From contig CM022666.1 in the NCBI GenBank assembly GCA_012295275.1, positions 9,300,001 to 9,364,000 on the forward strand: a stretch of DNA of 64,000 bases. The letters run 5' to 3'. Position 1 is the stretch's first letter. Each line of letters starts with the position of its first letter. The stretch comes from Chrysomallon squamiferum. Taxonomy: Eukaryota > Animalia > Mollusca. Positions 14,008-27,900 of the stretch are shown here, in pieces. The notes under the pieces are model-generated. The model was not told where the DNA came from, did no database searches, and was given only the letters and a program-made list of their open reading frames with translations. A program made the position numbers and the translations under genes.

Positions 14008-16764
14008 CATTATTTTTAATTTATTTATTTATTTGACTTTTTATTCATTTATTTATTTATTTAGGCTTGATGGATTTTTTGAGAAATTTGTAAAAATACT
14101 TTTAAGACCTGCATAATAATTATAATAAAATCTACATCTTTAATAACTTTATAAAATAATAAGTATACTGATAGAACTTTTTTATTTTTTAGTGAATTCT
14201 TATGAAATATAACAAAGAATAATTAAATATTAATTAATAGGATAAGAAAAAAATCATTCTCTGCCTGTATTCTTATGTTGTTCTTTTATTTTTATTTTTA
14301 TTTTTATGATTTGTTTTAACAATGAAAAAAATTAGTACTAATTTGATGGTCTGTGTGAAACACACATGGATTATAATAATTTAAATAAAGCAGATAAAAT
14401 ATTTAAATAGCTTTAATATCACATATAGATAGGTGTGTGTGTGTATATATATATAATTCTGAGGTGTAGTTCAAGGTATTATTATTATTATTAAACATTT
14501 TAAATAATTCTTCATTATTTCACCTTATATGGAATAATCAAATTATCAGTGAAAATGCTCTGATTAAAAAAAAACCAAAGATGTATTATGGATAAATAAT
14601 TTTTAAGTATTTTATTAAATATTCAAGATCTCTTTTCTTGAGTTAATGTTTCTGTGTTTCAAATATTTTTTTCCTGAATTTTCAAGACAAAGTTTTTAAG
14701 TTATTCAGTGGTACAGTCCATGTTATTAATTTAAGCTGTGTAGAGAGGATCTGAGACATGAGATACAGTCTTATACTTGTATAATCTAAACAAAAGAGTT
14801 TAATTAACATAATTTACATTTTGATATTGGAATTGACTTCTCTGTGGACTCTGCTATTTAGCTTTTTACCCTCCAGCTTTTTGTTGCCATGGTTGCAGTA
14901 GTTTATAACCTAGAGTATTTGGCTTACTGCTTTGTTTGTCAGTTTATATGAATGAGTACTTGAATTTATTTTTTCTTACAGCCTGCTTGTTTTTACATAA
15001 AATCAAGTGTTACTGACACTGGGAAACTTCATTCACATACATTTACATTCATTTTTATTTATTCATCTATTCATTCATATTTAATCATATCAATTACTCA
15101 TCTACTGTTTTAATCATCCATTTATTTATTTTTGCTCTTGCAATTGTTTCTTATCTCAGTTCATCAGTCAGTTTATTTGTCAGTTCATCTTCTAATTTAT
15201 TTAAACACAACAGACATTGCATTAGTTCATTTGTCAGTTTATTTACCTATTTATTTCAGTACTCATTCACACTGTCACTTTATTCAACTATTCATTTGTT
15301 AACAACAAATAATCTATTTATTCATTTATTTTATTTATGTCTAGTATATATAAATGATGATACAGAAAATAAATGTCACAACTGATTAATGTATCTTTAT
15401 TGTTTTAAAGTTTCATTGCTGTCAAAAAAAAAGAAAGAAAGAAAGAACCAAAGACATTATTACTATCAAAACTAAATAAATAATTTAAATGCTGTGTAAA
15501 TAATAATCTAGTTCATCTGAAGAACTTTTAACTTGTGGATTGTATAAATAAATAAATAAATAAATATTAATAACTACAAAATAAATCGACCAACATTAGT
15601 GAAAATTAATTAGTTTTTTTAAATGTTTGTATTCATTATTAGTCATAGTATCCAAATGTTTTATTATTGATATTGGTTTTATTCATGAAGATTGTATTCA
15701 ACCTTGGTAGTAGCTTATTCTGTGAAATCTGGGATTCCTCTTTGCTGAAGTGACTAAAATTAGCTTCTTTCTTACCAGCCAAACATTTTAAAGATTTTCT
15801 TATTTATGTGATATTCATGGTTTTTTGATTACCTGGAATTTATCTGTAATCAATCAGCATGTTAATCATATAACAATGACCTGTAATCTAATAGTGTGTT
15901 AATGATATAACAGTTACCTGTATTCAGAGATTACCTGTAATGTAACAGTGTATTAATGATATAGCAGTAACCTATATTCAGAGATTACCTGCAATCTAAT
16001 AGTTTTAATGATATAGCACTTACCTGTATTCAGAGATTACTTGTAATGTAACAGTTTATTAATGACATAACTGTTATCTATATTCAGAGATTACCTGTAA
16101 TTTAAAAGTGTTTTAATGACATAAGTTACCTATAGTCAGAGATTACCTGTAATCTGTCAGTGTTTTGATGATACAGGTTACCTGTATTCAAAGATTAACC
16201 TGTAATCTAACAGTGTTTTAAGGACGTAACAATTGCCTGTAATCTAAGTGTGTTGATGATATAACAGTTGCCTGTATTCTAACAGTGTTTTAATGATATA
16301 ACAGTTACCTATATTCAGAGATTACCTGTAATCTAACAGTGTGTTAATAATATAACAGTTACCTATATTCAGAGATTTACCTGTAATCTAACAATGATAT
16401 AATAATTACCTGTATTCAGAAATTACCTGTAATGTAACAGTGTTTTAATGGGATAACAGTCACCTATATTCAGAGATTTACCTATAATCTAAAGACATAA
16501 CATTAGAAAACTTGATAATCTAACCTGAGTATATAGAAATATTCAGAAATTTTGAAAAATGTACACATAACATACACTTTCTATCTGGTAGAAACTGTGA
16601 TGGTGGCAGCTGTAACAGTAAATAAGAAAATGGAGTAACCAGATAAGTGTGTGAGTGTATATGTGAGTGTGTGTGTGTGTGTGGAGAGAGAGAAAAAGAG
16701 ATTTATAAATATCTATAAATGATAAAATGTATATTTTCTGCCAAATAGAAACTGTAACAAAATG

Positions 16765-16798
<34 letters not shown>

Positions 16799-19700
16799 CT
16801 TTAAATTTAATATATATTTATAAACAAACAGAGAGATTGATAAATATGTTGTATCTTTTGACAAGTAGATGCAGTTTATAACTTTAAACTGGAAATCTAT
16901 TAGAAATCCAACCACTGAACCAACCAACAAACCAACCATCTGTCCATCTGTCCATCCTTCTTTCCATCCTTCCACTTATCTGTTTGTCCATTTCTGTCTG
17001 TCATTCTGCGATCCTCTACATACATCTGTCATTCAACCTATATATACATCTATATATCTATCTGTCTGTTGTTCATTGGTATGTCTCTATGTCTACCTCT
17101 CACTGTTTATACATATCCATCATCATCTATCAATCTACATCTGATATTTCTAACTGCCTTTTCATATACCTTTTGTGTGTGTGTGTATGTGTGTATATAT
17201 ATCTGTATAGATCTATATATATATATATAACATTTTTTTGGTAATTTAATTTTTTTTTTTTTTATCTGTGTATCTTTGCATGTTTCCCCACCAATATATC
17301 TGCATGCATTCCCTCCTGTCTGCCTCAATGCCTACAGACCTAGACACAACCTATATACAGATACAGATTTTTTTCCAGGTATAAAGTTAAATAGATTTGT
17401 TAACGAGAATCCGGCCTGGTGTGTTTAATCAGGTTAATTACAGACTCACATGTCTGAATGTTTCAAACTGTCCTGACTTATTATTTATTGACCTGATATT
17501 TTTATCTCCAGATAGGTTTACCTAGCAACTTTACCTCTTGATAGACTTACCTGATGAATTTACCTGCTGATAGATGGGTATTATTTACCTGGGATATTTA
17601 TAGTGTAGAGTTATTTGTGTTAGTCAGAGCTGTTAGTTTCTGAGGAGAGATTTTAAATTTAGAATCAGTGTTTTGTCATTTTCTACATTTTTATATTTAT
17701 AAGGTAATGTTTACATTTATATTTTTCTGTTACTTTTTTCAGTTTTATTTTAAATTTAGCAAAACTAGTTTTAATTTTCAAAAAAAAAAAGTTTTATTTG
17801 AAAATAGTTCCACAAACATTTAAAATATAATAGGTTTGTTTATTAGTATTTGTTTAAAATAATGTAAGTGCTGTCGTAAATATTTGTAAAATACTTGATA
17901 GTTTGTATAAAAGAAAGTTACTGGTATAAATGTGATGAAAAAATAGATTTGTGTAAAATAAGCTAACAGTTATATGTAAAATAGATTAACAAATATTTGT
18001 AAAACACTAAAGAAACTAGTTTCAGTTAAATACATATGATGTTGCGATGTTGATTTGGATATAACATCTATTTCTAAAAAAACAGATTTATAAAAATTTT
18101 AAATTAAATAAGTCTTGTAAAGTCTGAAATAGTGAAAGATAAAGTATATTAGTAGGTAATGCTTAAATGATGTAGAAATCTGTGTATTTTTTGGACAAGA
18201 ATATTTCATGTTGTCTTTTTTTTAGGCAAATGTCTGTATTTTACATTCATACATCAAACAAACAAAAAAAAATGCAAATCTACACATACAAATGTACACA
18301 CACATCCACACACATACAAACAGAGAAATACAAATAATACATCTGATGCTGGAAGCAGGCTAATGGGTCTGAATAAAATTTGGCTTTTTAAACTGTGCAT
18401 TTGCTGCATACAGGCTTTAACCTGCAGTACTAACTCAGAGTAGATTTTTCTTTTTAAAAACTCACCCAGTTAACAAGACAGTATGTACCTGAATGTCGCA
18501 TGCAGACTTTCTGTTTCAGTTTACTCTACTCTACCCTGCATGACGGTTACTATAGCACCACTACAACATCATCGTCTTCTCACAACGCATCGTTTGAGTA
18601 TGGTCGTAGGCTCGACTCCTCGTTCGAACATCGGCTTGACACGTCCCACGAACGTAGCTTTGATAGTTCGTACGATGAGGAGTATACCAACTATATCAAA
18701 GAGTGGGCTTATAGGTAACAAGTATATGTGTGCATGTGTGGTTTTGTACACAAACATATAGCATATCTGTGTATTGTATACAAGCTTACAACAAATATCT
18801 GTGTATTATACATTAGCTTATAGGAAAGTTTATGTAGAGCACATAGGGTCATTAGGTATAGCTTTATACTGCACCACAGATTATTAAACAAATATCTGTA
18901 TCACACATCAGCTTATATATTTGTGTATTGCACATTAGATATATATGTGTATTACATGTCAGTTGATAGGATATATTTATGTATGTGTGTATGTATATGA
19001 ATATATACATGTGTGTGTGTGTGTGTGTTACATGTTAACTGTAATACATGTATTACATGATAGAGTATATCTGTGTATTGCATATAAATCATGCAGCATG
19101 AAGTAACTGTCTGTGTATGTTCATACCCATTGCTTTTGCATTGTGGTTACATTTGTTTAAGCATTATGTGTATTTTTATGTGTATGTGCATACATTTAAT
19201 ACATTTTTAATTGTTTTTATTATTTAAAAAAAAAAAAAAAAGAATTTAAGAAATAATAATAATAAAACCAGTTGTTTTAAAATCTAAAGATTCAAATTTA
19301 AAACAGGATAATGTTTTCTTTGTTAAATAAAATTATCTTTTTGGTTCATAATAAATTATTAATCTCTGGGTCTGTAATTCAAATATTCAATGTTATATAT
19401 TTTTTATCTTTTATTTTGTCTGAGGAAAAAAAAAATTGGTTTTTCAGTTTCTGTTGATTAGAAAGTGATGTAATTAAGTTTTTACTTTGTATCTGTATTA
19501 CCTTGTTTTACCAGATCACTGTTTTATTTACATCTTTTTTCTTCACATTTTTTAACTTTTGTAGTAATATTAGTTCATACTTTACTTCACATTATTTATT
19601 TTTTTAAATTCACCACTTCACAAATACTTTGAGGGGGTTTTTCTGGGGTTTTTTTAAAATTAAAATTTTATTATAAAATAGTGTAAGAATTTAACTAAAA

Positions 19701-20768
19701 ATAATTTTGAATATTTGAAATTTTCTAAGTTTAAATCTCATGAAGTGATAAGCATGATTTATTTTTTAATTTAAAATAAAAAGATTTATAACATTTTATT
19801 TAATTAAACAAGGAATTACTAGATGCTATATATATATATATACATATTTTAAAAAAAAGTTTTTCGAAATGTATACATTAAATAAAAGAATTGCTGTATT
19901 ACAAAATTTATAAATGTTTGTAGGTGCTGGATGCATGAAAACAGAATATAGGCACAATAAGATATCTATATTTTGGGAACTGGTATTTGCTGTACATGTA
20001 TAATTATGAAGTGGTTAATAATAAAAAATATTTGTGATAGGTCACTCAGAAAGCAAGTATTGAGGAGAAAGCAAATCAATTAACATATTAATGAGTAAAA
20101 ACTGTTGTAAAATGAAAAGATACTGGCCCATCTGGTTCACTGAACAGAGTTGTGGGGTTCCTGTTTTATACACGTATAGAGTACATTACAGCTAGTTTAT
20201 CAAAGTATTTCATCTCCTATCTTAGAGAGGGTGCATGTCACAGACTTCTTCTTGCTACTTGGCATTCAGAAACAGAAATAAGTGGAAAAAAGATGGATAA
20301 AGAAATTGTGGAAAATACATTTGTTGTGTATTTTGGTTCTTCATTATAGAATATTCATCTAAGTGACATATGACACATTTGATTATATAATAATAAATAC
20401 ACGTGTTTTGGTAACACATTGTATATTCCTCTGTGATATTTGACTGTGGGATATTAAATATGTATGTCAGATTGCTGAAAACAAAGCTGTAGTCATAGAA
20501 CTGAAGACAAATACATTTATAATTCTACTTGTATATATGAAATCTGTTTTTCACTGATATATTTGTCTTGTCCTTGTTATGGTAAAGATGATTTATTAAT
20601 GTGGTATCTCAAATGTTTTGTCAGTGAACTATAAAAATAAACTTTATAATTCAAATAAGTCAGGATAATTTTTTTTTACATAATAAGTTAATTGTTTTTG
20701 TGTGATTGTATACATAGAAAACTATATTTCAGTCTTATAGTGTATAAACATACAGTAATTCACCATCC

Positions 20769-20809
<41 letters not shown>

Positions 20810-22715
20810 CTAATTTAAGTATGTTTTTTACACTCAGAAACAAACAACAACTGGGAACGTCTCAGAGTTTCAAAGAAGAAAGGAAAGTACAGAATGCTCA
20901 GTATCGCCGAACTACATCAGACACAGCAGCACGGAGACTGAACCAAAACAACAGCAACGCTCATGTTGACAACCTCAATTACATCAACAGGAAGTATGTT
21001 CAAGAATTGTGTGTCTGTTTCTGTGTGTTCATTTTTCTTTCTTTCTTTCTTTGGTTATGTAGTATTTTATTTTGATTTTTAATCTTTTAACAGAAGTTCT
21101 CATTTAAAAATAATTAAAAAATAATTGTATGGACAATTTTTGATAGTTAGAAATTTGTTTGAGATCAATTTTAAAAAGAATGTTTTTTTTTCCAATGTTT
21201 AGTTGTTGACATATTTTTCACTTGAAATGTGAAACTATTTCTCATCTAACATATTGTAACCTCATAATGTTTGTTGTTACCACAGTGGTGTAGCTGAGGA
21301 CATCAACACATCAGCTGACTCTGCAGCATCAACCAATCCCAGCCCACGTACCTCAACCAGTTCCCAGAGTTCCATTCCCACCAGTCCCGCCTCCACACCC
21401 ACCTCTAACATCCCGTCTGTTTCGCGGATCCAGTCTTCAGACAGATCCAACCAGTCTTCGCCTGTTGTGAGACGGGCCCGGGCAGGAGAGAGGTCGGGGG
21501 TTTCGAGCCCTGCTACCAGCCGAGCAGGCTACCGGGCAGGGACTGCTAACACAAATTCAAGAATACAGCCTCCGTCAGCAAAAAGGAATAACACTGTAGT
21601 TTCTGTAAGTTATATCTTCAGAGTGTGGTTGGTATTGGTTTATTGTTATTTGTGCATATTTGTGGGGGGGGAGGGAGAGAGAGAGATATATATATATATA
21701 TATGAGAGTGTCAAAGTGTGTGGGTGAAACTGTGACCATGCACTAGTATGTTGTCTACATCCTCACTGCATGCATTGACTTATTGTAAATGTATTTGTCA
21801 GTCTGTGGGAAGGCACAGATTAAGGATTCTTTCTTGCTAATTAGTATTAGCAGCCCATGATGTAGTTGCAGTGTTTTTAAATTTAAAGAAATCATAACAA
21901 AACAACTCCAACAACATCTCCAATAATAATCATAATAACATGAATGTGAATATGAATGATATGAACAAATTGAAATGTTTTTGACACATAGTAACACTAA
22001 AGGAGTTTTTGAAGTGGTGTTAAGAATTGTTTATTTACAAACATCCAGGAAGAGGAGTTCAAACAGAAACATCAGGCCCTGAGTAACAAACACCAGACTG
22101 AGTCGCAGATTCTCAAAAAGAGGCTGGAAGAATCAAAACTCAAACACATACAGAAGGAAGCAGTTCAGAATTACGTCTCTAAGGTTTCTGCCACTCGGGT
22201 ATTTTATGTTTGATGTTGTTCATTTTCAGTTTGTTTCTCTTTTTAGTAGATGGGAAATTACTAAGAATTTTTGTTACTCATTTTTGTCATCTGTTTGTAA
22301 TTTATTTTATTTAATTGGTTATTGTAGATGAGATTAGCAGAGAATAAATATATTTTTTTGTTAATTATAAATTACCATTAAACATTGTTACTATTATTAT
22401 TATTATTATTATGTTGTTGTTGTTGTTGTTGTTTTTTTGTTTGTTTTAGTTATTGTTTTTAATTTATTGTATTTTATTGTTATTGTTGTTATTTACATGT
22501 ATGATTTTTATTATTTGTTTATTTAAATGCTATTATTATTATATTTATTATTATTATGTTATTGTTGATATGTTATCACTATTAATGATACTATTATATT
22601 TTGTTATTCTTATTTTGTTTTATTGTTACTGTTATTGTTATTATTTTTACTATTTTTTATTATTATTTTATTATTGTTATTGTTATTATTATTATCATCA
22701 TCATCATCATCATCA

Positions 22716-22776
<61 letters not shown>

Positions 22777-23526
22777 GACAGCGTGGCACTAATGAAGTAG
22801 AAGATAAGAAGAAATCGACAATCAGTTCAGGGTCACGGTCAGCTCGGACGGGTAAGTGTCTCAACGGTCCGAATCGACTCACACATTCAAGTCCAGGCAC
22901 ACACGCCCCAGGTATGTTCAAAACACTCAGAGTGATGTCCCTTGCCTGCTTGTGGCTGTGGAGTGGCCTCCCTTTGCTTGAAATTTCCAGGAACTTGTAG
23001 ATTTTTCTAACCAGATTTATCTATTTTGCTTGAAATCTCCAGGACATTTTAGATTCTTTTCTAACCAGATTTAATCTCCTCTTGCTTGATTTAAGGGTCA
23101 CGGTTTGATTGATTCTTTGCTTTGATTCAAAATCTTTAAAAGGAATAATGTAAACAACATTTCATGTTCACTGTTATAATGTTTGACAAAAATTAATAAT
23201 AATTAATCAGCTTATTGCCAGGCTTGAAAGTGTATAGAAAAAAACTAACATTTATAAAAATATAGTAATTTTTTTTCTTAGTAATTTTCTTCAGTAAATA
23301 ACATCTCTCTCTCTTCAGGGTTATTTTTCTTTTTTTTTTGTATATTTTTCATCATTATCTCTGTCTTTCTTTCGCTCTTTCTCTCTTACTCCATGCATTT
23401 TTTCTGTATTTCTTCATCACACTGTTTTTCTGGTTTCTTTTTTCTGTCCATCCCTTCCTCATTGTGTCATTCAGTCTTTGTCTCTTGATTTCATTCTTAC
23501 TTTGAATTTCTTTTATCTTCTTTTAC

Positions 23527-23584
<58 letters not shown>

Positions 23585-23723
23585 TATGTATTAATTATAT
23601 TAACTAGAAATGTAACACATTAATTCTTAATAATTCAGTCACTGTCTAAAGTAAATAGTTGTTACTTTAATCTTTATTTTTATATTTAACCTTCTTTTTT
23701 ACTCCTCAGATCATTGTTATTAA

Positions 23724-23781
<58 letters not shown>

Positions 23782-24901
23782 GCATATGCTTTTTATGAAT
23801 TTATTTTTCGAATAATTTAATTTAATACATATTTTTTTATTTATTTATAATTTTTATTTTTATTCATTTATTTATGTTATTAATTATTTAAAATATCTTT
23901 AGTTAGTTTTATAGTTAAATATAAATTTTGGAAAATTCATTATACTGACTAATTGACTAATTGATTGATTGATTGATTTATTGTTTATTTTTATAGGTCT
24001 GTCACAAGGCTCTATAAAGCTGTTAGAGGAGTACAAAGAGGCAAATCCAAATTTCACAATTCGTCGTCAACATGAGATGCAGTTAGAAGAACTACAACAA
24101 ATGGACCAACTTAGAAATGTGAGAAATTGAGAGAAATTTTAATACATTATGTTTATTGTTTTATTATTGTTACTTAAATGAGCCAGGACAGTGAGAAAAC
24201 CACAGTTTGAAGCCCAACTACTAGAAATATGACAAACTGATTTTGAAACTGACTAAACACTAATTTTGGTGACGTTAACGATCAAGACAGTAATTAAATG
24301 TTTAAGACACTTTGTCTAAGGATGCAGGGGGTAATTAAAAGATTTGTGAGAAGATATCCTGACCAGTAAATTTTATTTCCAGTTGAGCAAACAGCAGGAA
24401 CTGAATTATGTATGCACACAAACTGACAAGGAATTTCTTTTTTTGAGTGACAGCTTAAATTGTTTCATTGTTTCTTTTTTTCCTTACATTTCTTTGTTTA
24501 ATCTTATTTCACTCCTTTCTTTCTTTTGAATTTTATTTATTTTATAGTTATAAAATAGAAGTATATGTTCGTTGTAATTGCAATAAAAACATTGTAAACA
24601 AGTAATTTACATTACAGACAATTGAAACAAGACTCAAAGTGACTTTACCAGACAATTTACCTGAAGCTTTGAAAGATGGAGTTGTCTTGTGTCACCTTGC
24701 AAACCAAATTAGACCTCGCTCTGTTGCTAGTATCCATGTTCCATCACCAGCAGTTGTAAGTTTTAATGTTTTACTCTGCTATTAGTAAACAAATAAATAA
24801 TAATTTTGAATTATGAAATGAAACTGTTAAAAAAGTAATTTATTAATATTTTTATTTTTTATTTTATAATTGTTTTATAATTTTTTTTTGATGAGGGATG
24901 T

Positions 24902-24933
<32 letters not shown>

Positions 24934-27900
24934 ATTGCAGCCAAAACTGACAATGGCAAAGTGTCGAAGGAATGTAGAAAATTTCTTGGAAGCTTGTCGT
25001 AAAATAGGTGTAAATCAGGTGAGTTAATTAAGAGGTGTTATTAAAAAAATATTTAAAGGCAGGTGTTTTTAAATAACATCTATTGTATGATGCTGTGAAT
25101 CAGGTGAGCAAATTAACAGGTAAAAAGTTGTTAAAAACCAAGTGATATGTAGAATAAAACCAGGATATTTAACTATAGATTTACATGGAAGTTGTATTAA
25201 AAATATATCTATGCAGCCATTCTTGAAATTTTTTTAAAAATAATAATAATAAAATTAATAGTCCACATTTCTGGTTGCTGTATATGTTTATTTTCAAAAT
25301 ATTGTCAAAACACATTTTTTATTTTTTACAAATGTGAACAGTAATGTTACTGTGTTGATATGCAGAATGCATGGAACTGGAGTTGTGTTCTCATGCATGA
25401 CAGCGTCATTTGTTTTTACTGAAACTAAATATATAATTTATTTTTTTTACTCTGTACATCATTTCTGTCTGTTTTTCTTGTTTTGTAATTTTTATTTACT
25501 TTCAGTCAGTGTATTATGATCATTTTATATTTGATCTTTGTTTTTGATTTTTCTACTTTGTAAACTGAAGTTTCCATATGTCTGTTTTTCCTGTCAAATA
25601 TTCGCATCAAATTGTGAGATAGAGTATACAAATTGTTGAAATATTTAATCAGTCACCATGTTGGTCTTTGTGGAATCCATTAATCATGATTAGTCTGAAC
25701 TTAGCAGTTTGTTTTGTTTATCTTGGTACACAGATTGTTTATAAGAAAAACAAAATTATGAAGACATATTTTTAATTCTGGTTTTGACAACAGCAAGAAC
25801 AAATAAATGTCTCAATATTGTTATTTAAGCAGGTAACAAATCTAAAACTGATTTGGGTTGGAAATTGTTCTCTAATTCTGTCCTTTTGAAATTAATTTCA
25901 TCAAACTTTAATAGATGGGTATATCAGGATGTCAGATATTCTCAGTGTAAACAAGATAGCATGATAGCTATACTTATAATCTAATTAATCAAGATTATAG
26001 AAACCATCTATATAAAATAAATAAATAAATAAATAAACATTTGTAGCAACCAGCATTTTTCCAACTTGACATCCTAATTGTGGGTCCTGCACATTACAGT
26101 CCCAGCCCTTCAAATATTTATTACTCATTTTGAATGCTAGATTGGTACTTATTTGTCAGAACTCAGTATTTCTGTAGATTGCTTGTAAACTGATGATTTT
26201 ATATACATGGAAAATGTTCATATGGAAACAGTTCTATTCATGAAATATGTTGCACTGTGAATTGTTTTCATGTTTTTTGTTGTTTTTTATTTATTATAAT
26301 TAATGTTTTAATTTTTTTTTGTCAGTTAACAAGTTTCTTTGTTATCATTTATTTAAACAGACTGAAACAAAAATTAAGTGTGATAACATTCAAATACATT
26401 TTGATTAAAACTTATTCATCAAAATAAATTATTTTAAAACAAAAGATATTTTGATTTAAATTGAGAATACACATTCTCAGTTTAAATGTAACCATTAAGT
26501 TACAGTTAAGTTTTTGTACATTAGTTTACCAAATGTATATGTGTTTTGAATACTCACGTTATGTTTTCAGTATATTATTTATTTAACTAGGTATTGTTTG
26601 TTTTAATTATTTATTGTATTATTTATTATAAGTATTATTTATGTAAATGTGTTGTATCACACACTGCACTGTGCTGTTGTCTGGTGTCTGAGTTTTAACT
26701 AACAACACCTTCTTGGACAACATCGGCTACTGGGCCGTCTTTGTTGTGGTTCATGTTCATTTTGACACTTTTGTTTGACATTTCTACTAACCTGAATCAG
26801 GGCTTTTGAGAGGATTAAGGGATTTTTTTTTTTTTTTTTAATCAACATTCAACACCCCACTCCCCACACCCCCACCCCATACCCACCAATAATTTCTCAG
26901 CAAACTAATAATGTCATCTCTTTTGGTGGGTTTTTAATTAATTTTATCAAATAATTAATTAATTATAAATATTTAAAAAAACAAACAAAAAAAACAACTT
27001 ACTGAAATGTGAAATTATCATCAAAGTTTATCTTTCAAAGTTTGAACATAAAGTATTTTTACTTACAATTTCATCTGAGACAACCATTTGTAAATAATTT
27101 TTTTTTTTTTTTTACAAAATCCTTACTGATTATTATAAAGACTATTTTTAACTGAGTTTGACTTATTGTTAACTGAATATTTTAATGTTATGATCAGTTT
27201 AAACTGGTTTGTTCTTAAATGTTTAAAATGAGAAGAAGCAGAGAAAAGTAAATTTGTAAATTTACTTCAGAGCAATGTAATCCTCTTGAGGGATTAAAGA
27301 AATAATTTTAATCTTAACAGAAAATACTAACTGTAATTAATAGGTTTGATTCCAAATGTAGATTTGATTGAAATCCATTTAGAAATAACAAAAATTGCCT
27401 CTGTCGGCATACAGAGTAAAGTCATTTTAATACTGGCTCTATTGTTTTAAATGTTCACTGATTTTAAAAGGGAATATATCAGGATACACACTAAGATAAA
27501 ACTGGTTACATTAATTTCAAAAAGGAATTGATCAGGGTACATAGTACAGATTTTGTAATCTGCTTTTACTGAACATGATTGTAAGTGTTCATGATAGGAT
27601 ATCATTTAAAACTGATTATATTAATTGTAATAGAGAATTATGTTAAAGGAAACATTGGATGGAAATCTACACTAAAATTAACAAATGTACTACACCAGTC
27701 GGCAAGGATGACAGCAGATGCTTTAAACTGTTAAAAATGGTTGAAAAATATATACCTTTCAGTACATAAGTTGTTACAGATGTAGGTAATGAACTTTCAG
27801 TTTATATGTTACAGATATAGGTTATGATGCTTTGTGTATATGTTCATTCAACTGTAGATCTTAGTTGTAAGTAGATAAAACACAAATTATGAAAGAAATG

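Noticed and set aside
15828-16495. CRISPR-like appearance of regularly spaced repeats (also 58170-58530, 63645-63900)
   Set aside because: Eukaryotic context, and the whole unit is repeated with no unique spacers; these are minisatellites
22453-22921. Poly-Y/poly-I/poly-N ORFs from the ORF track (also 32361-32615, 34115-34399, 43431-43706, 61038-61348 and similar)
   Set aside because: Translations of (TAT)n, (CT)n and (CA)n microsatellites; not genes
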